DNA from: a virus
Lineage: Duplodnaviria; Caudoviricetes
Virus record (IMG/VR): IMGVR_UViG_3300033076_001440
Span: 1-32,659 of that record
Length of the DNA stretch: 32,659 bases
Strand: one strand, 5' to 3'
In this document: positions 1 to 7,604 of the stretch, in pieces
Position numbering within the stretch: the first letter of the stretch is position 1
How the letters are laid out: each line of letters begins with the position of its first letter
Made by a program: the position numbers and the translations under genes
Notes under the pieces: model-generated
What the model was told of the DNA's origin: nothing
Database searches by the model: none
Seen by the model: the letters and a program-made list of their open reading frames with translations, nothing else

Positions 1-74
1 TGGCGCTTCAAAGTCATGCAGGAACGTAAACAAGCCCCCGGCACCCCAGACCCTGCCGCCGGCTGACCCACCCT

Positions 75-127
75 TGTAACGCCGCGAAATTCGTGAACCA
101 GTCCGCCAAAATGCGTGAATAGGGTCA
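75..127 (-). repeat. Left end: two tandem putative transposase-binding sites (Mu R1/R2-like spacing)
   Basis: Minus strand ACTGGTTCACGAATTTCGCGGCGTTACA (75-102) and TGACCCTATTCACGCATTTTG (107-127). TTCAC cores are 22 bp apart. Inverted copies lie at the right end. Confidence 0.8.
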
Positions 128-658
128 ACGCTGGGGGTTGGGTGTAACGGCGCGGGCGGGGCGCGGGGTGTGCGCCTGCCTCAGGATGCCCCCCTTTTTC
201 CGCGGGTTGCAGATCAGGCAGACTCGCTGGCCCTCGGCTGTCTTTTTCCGCTCAGTGCCGCCGCAGTCGGGACAGGCCCATGAGGGACGGCCCACAGGCA
301 TCCCACTGCTCCTCGCCCGTTTCCATACCGCCTGACGGGAGACGGCCCGGGGCGGTGTCCCTGCCAGTTTGGCCGCTGCTGCCAGCACCTCTCGGCACCA
401 GCGTCCCACCTCGTCGTGATGGGCTGGGGCGGGCCGGTCAATGCCTCTCAGCCATCGTCCGACGGTATCCCGATGGACTCCGCATCTCGCGGCCAGCGCC
501 GTCGATGCGAGGTCCCCGACGGACAGAGGGTATCCCCATTGGGATCTGGCTGCCCTCGCCGCCTCGATTTTCAGCGCGAGTGCTGGCGGGATCGGAAGCG
601 GTTTGCCCGGCCCCGGCCCGTTCCCGGGCTCTCTATAATACTCAGCTCGGCTTTTCAT
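125..658 (-). CDS. XRE-type HTH protein with C-terminal C4 zinc ribbon
   Basis: LAARCGVHRDTVGRWLRG helix-turn-helix and CPDC-x14-CLIC. The stop codon lies inside the end repeat. Confidence 0.65.
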   Translation of the reverse strand: MKSRAEYYREPGNGPGPGKPLPIPPALALKIEAARAARSQWGYPLSVGDLASTALAARCGVHRDTVGRWLRGIDRPAPAHHDEVGRWCREVLAAAAKLAGTPPRAVSRQAVWKRARSSGMPVGRPSWACPDCGGTERKKTAEGQRVCLICNPRKKGGILRQAHTPRPARAVTPNPQR

Positions 659-710
659 CGGACCAACGAGAAGGGATTTTCATGGGGATTTGGGGTTGGG
701 TGGCAGCGCC

Positions 711-959
711 TCACTTGCTGGCGGTCGGGAAAACATACCCGGCATCCGTACGTTCGCAGACAACAGCCTTGCCGATGTCCGTCGGCGCGTAGAGCAACCT
801 CGTGCCTGATTCCTGGGCGACGTCCTTGGCGAGGCGTTCGGCCTTTTCGGCCATGTCGGGGCCGAAGGACGTGGCGACGTGATTCCCGTTTTCGAGCATC
901 CAGTGGATGACGCCATCGGAGTGCTTAACTTGGCGAATCGAAACAGTGATCGAGTTCAT
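711..959 (-). CDS. hypothetical protein (82 aa)
   Basis: ATG at 959 (MNSITVSIRQ) is preceded by the CCCCAAAAATCCCCACATT leader typical of this genome. Confidence 0.7.
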   Translation of the reverse strand: MNSITVSIRQVKHSDGVIHWMLENGNHVATSFGPDMAEKAERLAKDVAQESGTRLLYAPTDIGKAVVCERTDAGYVFPTASK

Positions 960-1042
960 AATGTGGGGATTTTGGGGTTGCGGAGCATCGTCGCTCCCTG
1001 CCGCCTCCGTTCGGGTGTCCGGAGGCGGATGGGAGGGGCGGC

Positions 1043-1786
1043 TCAGACGGCGCAGGTCTCGTCGATCTCGACTCGATAATTGCTGCTCTCGATCTCCTCC
1101 CACTCGTCGTCTGTGGTATCGGATGCAGCCCCGCGTGCCGCCAGATCCACCTCTATGCAGTCGCCCATCGGGCTTGTCCTGATATCCGATTCGATTCCCG
1201 TCACCCGGAAAACCGTGTCGGTGTTTTGGTGGTAGCAGAGCGATCCAATCTGGGGCAGCCCGTTGCCTTGAGCGTAAATAATGGCCTTCATGGTCTGATG
1301 ATTGGCGGATGTTGAGGCGACGGCGGGAGCGGCAGCGAAGGCCGCGGCGGCGGCACGGGCGGCGGCGAGAACCTCGGGCTCATTTGCTTTGAGCCCATTG
1401 TTGTCTTGCCAGTCCGTCTCTGACCCATCGGCCCAGAAATCCCGCCCGTTGCCCGCCGGGGTTTCAACCCCGATCCCGATGCCTCCCTCCTCTCGGAATG
1501 CTCTGATCTGGAACTCCGGCACCATGTCGGCAGGGATGTAATTCTCCTCAATCCATTCGATGACGGCTCCCACCTCCGCCTCTGCCCATCCTTCACCAAA
1601 CGAATCACCCACCAGCCGCTTTTCGACGATGATTTCGCTCTCTCTCAATCCGCATCCGGCGGGGGCGGCGGAAAGCTCTCCCTTGGGAGAGACTGAGATT
1701 TGGAGTTCTTCGTTTTGCCGTCCGGAGACAACTTCAAGGATTCGGGCGGCGGCGGCGAGTGTGGTGGCGGAGCGATTCAGTTTCAT
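1043..1786 (-). CDS. acidic hypothetical protein, possibly a fusion of 2-3 small genes (internal ATG at 1291)
   Basis: 247-aa ORF with AAATCCCCACACC leader. An Ala-rich linker precedes the in-frame MKAIIYAQGNG. Confidence 0.7.
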   Translation of the reverse strand: MKLNRSATTLAAAARILEVVSGRQNEELQISVSPKGELSAAPAGCGLRESEIIVEKRLVGDSFGEGWAEAEVGAVIEWIEENYIPADMVPEFQIRAFREEGGIGIGVETPAGNGRDFWADGSETDWQDNNGLKANEPEVLAAARAAAAAFAAAPAVASTSANHQTMKAIIYAQGNGLPQIGSLCYHQNTDTVFRVTGIESDIRTSPMGDCIEVDLAARGAASDTTDDEWEEIESSNYRVEIDETCAV

Positions 1787-1831
1787 GGTGTGGGGATTTG
1801 GGGTTTATCGTTGCCGACTGGCAACACCGCA

Positions 1832-1859
1832 CCCATACCACCACGCCGCATCCCGTCAA
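1832..1859 (-). promoter_or_regulatory. candidate sigma70-type promoter for the terminal accessory operon
   Basis: TTGACG-16 bp-TATGGG with TGn before the -10. The -10 match is weak. Followed by hairpin GTTGCC-N4-GGCAAC (1810-1825). Confidence 0.35.
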
Positions 1860-1860
1860 C

Positions 1861-2067
1861 CTATTTCTGCCGCTTTTCTGGATTTTCCTCCGGCGGCGGA
1901 GCGGCGAGACCGGCGCGGACCTGATCCAGATCGACGGAAACGCAGACGACGCCACCGGCGGCTTGGGGTGGTGTCAGGTGAATGCCGGGGCCTGCCGTCA
2001 CCCGGATCTGGGTCCGTTCCAGCTCCGCCAACCGCTCTTCGATGGCTTTCAGACGACGGAGGAGCAT
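1861..2067 (-). CDS. small hypothetical protein at end of tail operon (68 aa)
   Basis: TGATG overlap with the upstream gene. N-terminus LRRLKAIEERLAELER is coiled-coil-like. Confidence 0.6.
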   Translation of the reverse strand: MLLRRLKAIEERLAELERTQIRVTAGPGIHLTPPQAAGGVVCVSVDLDQVRAGLAAPPPEENPEKRQK

Positions 2068-2744
2068 CAGCCTGGAGTGATGCGGAATTGGTAGGTGAAA
2101 CGGTAAGTCACCGCGTACAGCTTTGCTGGTCCGCTCAGGTTGACCGGCCCCATCTCCTCGGAAGGTGCGATGTCCATCCACCAGTTGTCGGGATAATTGG
2201 CGTGGGTCTCGATCCCCTCCCCGTCGAACGAAAACGGGTACGGTGGCGGAGGAGGAAATCCCCCGGTCGCACTGACGGACCAGTGAGACGACGTCGTTTT
2301 TCCGATCATCCCCATGTCCGGTGCCAACTCGGAAAACGTGATGACCTCGAAGGAGACGGCTGGGAGCTTGATGTTGAGGTTCTCGTAGATGACCGATGGG
2401 TTCCACCCCGGAGCCGTCACCCGGCCGCTTGCCCAAAACCGCTCCTCCAGCTTCGTCAGATCCCGCCGCGTGGTCTTGCGAGCAAAGAGCCCCTTGAGGT
2501 TGACGCTGGCCACCACCTGACCTCCCCCGGCATACGCTGTCTCCAGCGAATCCCCGTCCACAAAGAATCCCAGCCCCACCGCCAGCCGCTTCCCGGTCAG
2601 TGCCTCGCGTGCAAGGGCTGGCGTCGCCTGCGGGCAGTAGATTCGGCCTTGGATCTCATCCCACTGTCCCGGGCCGGTGCGGCGCTCGGCATAGCTCTCC
2701 CAGACCAGTTGATCATACTTGCGGTACAGGCGGCGCTGACTCAT
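2067..2744 (-). CDS. putative distal tail/tail-tip protein (hypothetical)
   Basis: ATGA overlap with the tape measure gene. Assignment rests on position after TMP and aromatic, beta-rich composition. Confidence 0.6.
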   Translation of the reverse strand: MSQRRLYRKYDQLVWESYAERRTGPGQWDEIQGRIYCPQATPALAREALTGKRLAVGLGFFVDGDSLETAYAGGGQVVASVNLKGLFARKTTRRDLTKLEERFWASGRVTAPGWNPSVIYENLNIKLPAVSFEVITFSELAPDMGMIGKTTSSHWSVSATGGFPPPPPYPFSFDGEGIETHANYPDNWWMDIAPSEEMGPVNLSGPAKLYAVTYRFTYQFRITPG

Positions 2745-4582
2745 GGGGCGGCGAGGTTGGAGATGTTCTTTTCGATGCTCGGCAGCGCCTGCAGGAGGAG
2801 CATCGCGGCCTTGTTGAAATTCTGGCTCTCCTCCTTCTGACCGGCGGCGGCGGCCTTGGCCCGTTCCTGCCCTTGCTGGATGGCGGCGAGACGATCCGCC
2901 CGGCTCCCGGGTTGCAGTTTCCCTCCTTGGGTGGGGTCCGCGGCCTTGAGTGCCGCACGCTCCCCGCCGCTGAGCTTGTCGAAATTCATGCCCATCGACT
3001 TCTTCGCGAACTCATCGAATGACCCTCGCGTCTTCCGATCCGCTGACAGATACCGGCTCTGGATGTTCCCCAGATCCGAAAACCGCCCCCGGCCGTTGTC
3101 CACGGGAGCATCCAGCAGCGCCTTGCCTGTTTTCGTCCGGGCCGTCAGGTTGCCGATAGCTCCGGCGGCGAAACGAGTCACCCCCGCTGCCGCCCCCTTG
3201 AGCCCTGTCACGGCTGCCTCACGCTTCCTCTGCGCTTCGATGGATGCGTTGCTCTTCGTCACATTCGCTGCCAGTTCTTTGGCCTTCGCGTCTCGGGTTC
3301 GCGCCTCGCGCTGCACCTGCGCCAACTCCTCGAAGTCCTTCCGATCTGCCTCCGCCGCCTGCGCCGATCTCGTGATTTCCTCCGTGAGAGTCTTGTATGC
3401 AGACCGCGCCTGCTCCGCCTCCGCATTGATGCTCGGATCTCCAAGGTTCGATGCACCCAGCCCCTTCGCGTCCAGTTCCTGCAACCTCAGTCCGGCATCA
3501 TATCCAGCCTGCACATCATTTGTGAGCGTGGCCTTGAGGATGATCGCCAGTTGTTTGAGCTTCTGCTGCACCAGATCCAGAGCCTTCATCATCAGCTCTG
3601 AAAACGTCAGTGCCGCCGCCCTCAATCCCCCCGTCAGCAGCTCGCCCACGTTCCCATCCCTGATCACTTGGAGCCCCCAGTTGAGAGCGTCCCTCAGCGC
3701 ATTGCCGATGGCTTCCATCTTCGGTTTCAACCCATCGGCCATCCCTGCCATCTCCGCCATGAGCGGCCGGAGTGCATCATTGATCGGTGCCCCCAGCTTG
3801 ATGAGCACCCCGTCGATGGCGTCCTTGAGCGACGAAAAGCGCCCCTGCGTCGTCTCGCTCATCCGCTGCATCATTCCCTGAAACTGCCCGCCTGCGCCGG
3901 TCATTTTGTTCATGGCCTGCTCCAGCATGGGGAACGTGATTTTCCCCTCACTGGCCAGCTTCTTCACCTGCTCAGCACTCTGTCCGATGATCCCGCCAAT
4001 CAGCCCCATGATGTCCACGCCCCTCTCCATGAACTGATTCAGATCCTCGGCAAAGAGCTTGCCTGACACCCGCGCCTTTCCGAACAAAAGAGCCACCTCT
4101 CCCAGCGGCGTTTGCAGTCCGGATGCCACATCCGCCAGCTTGGCCGTCACCGATGCCACATCCCGGCCCGCGATGCCGAATGCCGCCAGCGTCCGCCCCG
4201 CGCTCGCCACCTCTTGGAAGCCGAACGGCGAGGAATCTGCGATCTTCCGCAGATCCAACAACACCGCCTCCGCCTCCTTAGCGGACCCCAGCAACACGCC
4301 AAAGGCCGTGGCCGTACTCTCCGCCTCCGCCGCCAGCCGCATCGGGCCGGAGATACCTGCGAGGATGCCGCCCAATGCCTGCGCCTGCTGAGGGAGCTTC
4401 CACAACACATCCCCTGCGCCCTTGAGTGCGCCAGCGATGCGCTGGCCTGCCGCAGTCCCGGCGCTCGCCAGTTTTCCCATGGAGGAAATGGCACTCCCAA
4501 TGCCACCCTGCACCGTCCGGAGCCCTGCGGTCACGGAGCTGCTGTTGAGGGTCAATTTCAGCGCGGCGGTCCATGTGGCCAT
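2741..4582 (-). CDS. tape measure protein
   Basis: Ala/Gly-rich helical 613 aa. Tape-measure domain signature IADSSPFGFQEVASAGRTLAAFG...GKLFAEDLNQFMERGV...GRFSSLKD. Follows the chaperone. Confidence 0.92.
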   Translation of the reverse strand: MATWTAALKLTLNSSSVTAGLRTVQGGIGSAISSMGKLASAGTAAGQRIAGALKGAGDVLWKLPQQAQALGGILAGISGPMRLAAEAESTATAFGVLLGSAKEAEAVLLDLRKIADSSPFGFQEVASAGRTLAAFGIAGRDVASVTAKLADVASGLQTPLGEVALLFGKARVSGKLFAEDLNQFMERGVDIMGLIGGIIGQSAEQVKKLASEGKITFPMLEQAMNKMTGAGGQFQGMMQRMSETTQGRFSSLKDAIDGVLIKLGAPINDALRPLMAEMAGMADGLKPKMEAIGNALRDALNWGLQVIRDGNVGELLTGGLRAAALTFSELMMKALDLVQQKLKQLAIILKATLTNDVQAGYDAGLRLQELDAKGLGASNLGDPSINAEAEQARSAYKTLTEEITRSAQAAEADRKDFEELAQVQREARTRDAKAKELAANVTKSNASIEAQRKREAAVTGLKGAAAGVTRFAAGAIGNLTARTKTGKALLDAPVDNGRGRFSDLGNIQSRYLSADRKTRGSFDEFAKKSMGMNFDKLSGGERAALKAADPTQGGKLQPGSRADRLAAIQQGQERAKAAAAGQKEESQNFNKAAMLLLQALPSIEKNISNLAAP

Positions 4583-4583
4583 A

Positions 4584-4898
4584 TCAGATGACGGTGTGGG
4601 TTTTGCGGACTTCCTGTTTGAGGCGGCGGGCGGCTGCTAGTCCCTCGCGGATCGCGTAATGCTCCGGCAGCGCGACCCCCGCTCGTTCGAGGGCGGCGGG
4701 CATCAGGGCGAGGTAGACGTTGATGGGGAACTCCCAGACGGCCCATCGCACAGGATCTGCACCGGCGGGCCGGGATCCTCCGTAGGTGGCGAGAATTCCG
4801 TCAACGGCTCGCATCCACCAACCGGCTCGGCTGCCTTCGCACCCGGTTCCTGCGGATTCTGCGGCACCGGAGGGTTCACCTCCGGCGAGCCGAAAAAA
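4584..4898 (-). CDS. tail assembly chaperone, -1 frameshift extension (lambda gpGT-like C-terminal part)
   Basis: The -1 frame is open from the slippery site T TTT TTC (4892-4898) to the stop at 4584, just before the TMP start. Encodes ...VRWAVWEFPINVYLALM... Confidence 0.7.
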   Translation of the reverse strand, partial: FFRLAGGEPSGAAESAGTGCEGSRAGWWMRAVDGILATYGGSRPAGADPVRWAVWEFPINVYLALMPAALERAGVALPEHYAIREGLAAARRLKQEVRKTHTVI

Positions 4899-5317
4899 TC
4901 GTGGAGCTGCTGAGTGACCCACGCGGATGCCTGTTCCAGCCTATCCTTTTCAAGCCAGAGCGAAAACACAAACACCATGCCCTTCCATTCGTCCGGCAGA
5001 TCCGTCACGGGGCCTTTGATGTGCCTGAGCATCTCATACGCCTGCTCAGGTCGGGCAAAACAGAAGATCATTTCCTCCGGCGTAATCTCCACCTCAACCA
5101 TTCTCCGAATCCTCATCAGCTCCGCGATACCGGCGCTCATCGGCCTGAGAACGTCGTCGCCGATGAAAATGCAGCGACCCGGAGACAACAGGATGCCCAT
5201 CTCCGTCTCAGGGCCTCCGCGTTCAGATGCGGCCAGCCGGGCGGCGCGATTGGCCTGCATCGCCTTATCAGCGAGTTCGCGAGTGGTGATGGTGGGAGAT
5301 TTGGGTGGTGTGTTCAT
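4703..5317 (-). CDS. tail assembly chaperone (lambda gpG-like)
   Basis: Lies upstream of TMP, has a low-complexity Pro/Ser tail after the slippery site and overlaps the -1 ORF. Confidence 0.7.
   Translation of the reverse strand: MNTPPKSPTITTRELADKAMQANRAARLAASERGGPETEMGILLSPGRCIFIGDDVLRPMSAGIAELMRIRRMVEVEITPEEMIFCFARPEQAYEMLRHIKGPVTDLPDEWKGMVFVFSLWLEKDRLEQASAWVTQQLHDFFGSPEVNPPVPQNPQEPGAKAAEPVGGCEPLTEFSPPTEDPGPPVQILCDGPSGSSPSTSTSP
4865..4898 (-). promoter_or_regulatory. programmed -1 ribosomal frameshift signal
   Basis: In-frame heptamer T TTT TTC, a 6-nt spacer, then hairpin CCGGAGG-TGAAC-CCTCCGG. Confidence 0.75.
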
Positions 5318-5323
5318 GGAAAA

Positions 5324-5917
5324 TCAGATGAGCGGTCCCGGGGATGGGAGTACCGGCGGCGTGATGGTGCGGTTTGCCCCGGGCCAGTGACGGCCGGAAA
5401 CTGTCAGTGACTTGCTCTCCCCTTGCGCGTCCTCCGGCACCACCTCTGTCACGCTGTACCGTTTACCGTTGTAAAAAAAATGATCGCCGGTCTCCGGCAG
5501 ATCGTCAGCCGTCGCCATCTCCACGATGCACCGTACGGTGATGAGCCCAATCGGGTCCTCCACATATCCCCCGTATAGCTGACCCACGGCCGTCTTGTGG
5601 TCCCCCGCCTCCGCACGCATCGGAGCCTCCACGGAAATCACTTCACCCCACCCGATCTCCGCCGTCGCCCATGCCGTGCCAAAGTTGCGCCTCTCCATCG
5701 GCAGATAGGCCACAGGCTCGTCTGTCTCTGTGTCCATGCGGAACATCTCCGGCCTCGCCAGCACGATGATGTTGCCGCTTGGCACCCTTCCGCCCGGCAC
5801 CCCGCCCACGTACTCCACCGTGCCTCCCGCACGCAGGGAATAGCTGGCTGACACGGTGAGGACTGGATTCCCCGTCGCCCGTGCCAGCCAGTAGTTCCAT
5901 GCCGAATGGGTTCCCAT
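5324..5917 (-). CDS. putative tail tube-like protein (paralog of 6358-6981)
   Basis: Immediately upstream of the chaperone, with alternating beta-strand patterns and motifs shared with 6358-6981. Confidence 0.55.
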   Translation of the reverse strand: MGTHSAWNYWLARATGNPVLTVSASYSLRAGGTVEYVGGVPGGRVPSGNIIVLARPEMFRMDTETDEPVAYLPMERRNFGTAWATAEIGWGEVISVEAPMRAEAGDHKTAVGQLYGGYVEDPIGLITVRCIVEMATADDLPETGDHFFYNGKRYSVTEVVPEDAQGESKSLTVSGRHWPGANRTITPPVLPSPGPLI

Positions 5918-6336
5918 CAGATGATGTTATCGAGGAGTTGCAGATCGTCCGGGGCCACAGTGTAGCTCCCGCCGGTCAACACCGACTCGGTATCGTCTCG
6001 CGAGAAAATGAAGAGCGGTTCGGACTCCCCGGTTTTCCAGAGTGCCACATGCTTGATTGCACCCCACGATGCCGTCGCAGATCCGGACGCGGGGAACCGG
6101 ATCGTTCCGGTGTTCGTGACCCATTTGTTCCCCAACGGCGAATCTCCCACCGCAAAGAATCCCGTGCTGGTGAGCGTCCGCCGCGCATAGCCGGTGCCGG
6201 AGGTTGAGACCTCTGCTCCGGATTCGGTGAGGAGACCCACCTCGTAATTTGCCGGGGTCGTGTAGGCGGCCGTCGGGGACAGGCCCGCCTGCACGCGGAG
6301 GGCGGCTTCTCTGATGTCTTGGCGGATGGTGGACAT
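5917..6336 (-). CDS. conserved phage virion/tail-associated protein
   Basis: Recognisable motif set EVSTSGTGYAR...TNTGTIRFP...ATASWGAIKHVALW of a widespread ~130-aa phage structural family. TGATG overlap with the next gene. Confidence 0.8.
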   Translation of the reverse strand: MSTIRQDIREAALRVQAGLSPTAAYTTPANYEVGLLTESGAEVSTSGTGYARRTLTSTGFFAVGDSPLGNKWVTNTGTIRFPASGSATASWGAIKHVALWKTGESEPLFIFSRDDTESVLTGGSYTVAPDDLQLLDNII

Positions 6337-6357
6337 GCGTCAGGGGGATCAGATGGC

Positions 6358-6981
6358 TCAGATGTTGATGCCAGGATTCGTGTTGCCGACGGGTACCGTG
6401 CCGCTGAGCGCGGGTGGATCGGCAGGCAGTACCCCGGGTTGCGTGTTGCCAGCGGCGAACTTCGTCGCATCGTCGAAACTGACCACGCGGCCGAACTCAT
6501 CCACCACCGCCCGATACATGGATGTCGCCGTGGAGAAGCCAGGCTTGTACATCGCCGTCATCTTGATGGACGCCGTTTCGTCGTCGCCCTTGTCCGCAGA
6601 AACCTCACTGACCACAAACGTCAGCAGCGTCGGCACATCGTGGCCGATGTCCACCCACGCCCTGAATCGGTCCAGCTTTTTCACCGACGGGAAGGACCGG
6701 TCATGCTGCATTTCCAACTCCAACTCCACCCCGTTTTTTTTGCTGAACATCGCCCGCGTCCCAGATGCCCCATCGGCCGTCTCACTGATGTCCCCCATCA
6801 GTTTTGCCGATGCCTTGATCACGGTGCCCACCGTCCCGTTCAGCCCCAACCATCCCGTGCCCATGCGGGCCTTGGTGCCGTGCGGGTTTCCCTCCACCAG
6901 GATAAATTCCGATGGCGGTGCCAGGACGATGTTGGGATTAGTGAGAGTGGCGAGCGGGTTGCCTGTGTATTGGATGGACAT
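6358..6981 (-). CDS. putative tail tube-like protein (paralog of 5324-5917)
   Basis: Follows the neck genes, beta-rich, C/A-rich leader. Confidence 0.55.
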   Translation of the reverse strand: MSIQYTGNPLATLTNPNIVLAPPSEFILVEGNPHGTKARMGTGWLGLNGTVGTVIKASAKLMGDISETADGASGTRAMFSKKNGVELELEMQHDRSFPSVKKLDRFRAWVDIGHDVPTLLTFVVSEVSADKGDDETASIKMTAMYKPGFSTATSMYRAVVDEFGRVVSFDDATKFAAGNTQPGVLPADPPALSGTVPVGNTNPGINI

Positions 6982-7014
6982 GGTGTGCTGAGGTTGAGTT
7001 GGCGGGGAAATTGA

Positions 7015-7602
7015 TCATGCCTGAATCCACCAGTTTTCGATGGATTGGCCAGGTGCAGAGACGGCGGCGGAGACGGGGCAGAGCCATGCGGACTGCGCCC
7101 ACAAGAGCTCTTTGAACGATGGCTTTTCACCCGGCTTCGCGATCTCGATGAACTCGCGTGTAAACGCGATGGATGTAAGCGTCATCGGATTCTCAGCAGT
7201 GAGGAATCCATCCCTCGGCACGAAGTGAAGAAGGTTCTCCGCATCGCGAAAGACGGTCCCGAACCTCACCCGATGCACCAGCCCGCGCACCTCATCCCAG
7301 AGGTTATACAGGCTGTCGGGATCGGTCTCCAGAGTGGTGGCGTCCGCTCGGGCGGCGGGCAGGGATGGACGGCGGGAAATCGCTGTGTTGACCTCCAGAT
7401 TGATCCTTCCTAGCCGGGCATCCTCACGCAATCCCGGCGGCGTGCCGGTCAACCAGATGGCCATTTGCCAGCGGGCGCTCAGCGAGCGCACAGCCTGCAT
7501 CATGGCGTCCATCCGGTCCGTCGCCAGCACCAGCTCCCCACCGGCGGCTTCGATGTGCGGCGTGAGCGCTGTCCTCAGGCGGTTGATGGTTTCGGCGAGC
7601 AT
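7015..7602 (-). CDS. putative neck/tail terminator protein (Mu gp37 position)
   Basis: ATG at 7602 is 2 nt after the gp36-like stop. Assigned by synteny. LYNLWDEVRGLV helix. Confidence 0.55.
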   Translation of the reverse strand: MLAETINRLRTALTPHIEAAGGELVLATDRMDAMMQAVRSLSARWQMAIWLTGTPPGLREDARLGRINLEVNTAISRRPSLPAARADATTLETDPDSLYNLWDEVRGLVHRVRFGTVFRDAENLLHFVPRDGFLTAENPMTLTSIAFTREFIEIAKPGEKPSFKELLWAQSAWLCPVSAAVSAPGQSIENWWIQA

Positions 7603-7604
7603 GA

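Noticed and set aside
70-74. 5-bp target-site duplication
   Set aside because: ACCCT (left) and CGTTG (right) do not match. No 4-6 bp duplication is present.
681-1803. CRISPR-like array from recurring GGGGATTT(T)GGGG repeats
   Set aside because: Spacing is gene-sized and irregular, repeats are short and sit at start codons, and there are no cas genes.
1560-2840. 426-aa plus-strand ORF and other long antisense ORFs (2856-3881, 8128-9075, 10672-11655, 16671-17651, 26989-27750)
   Set aside because: Shadow frames of well-supported genes in GC-rich DNA, with Arg/Ser/Pro-rich translations and no motifs.
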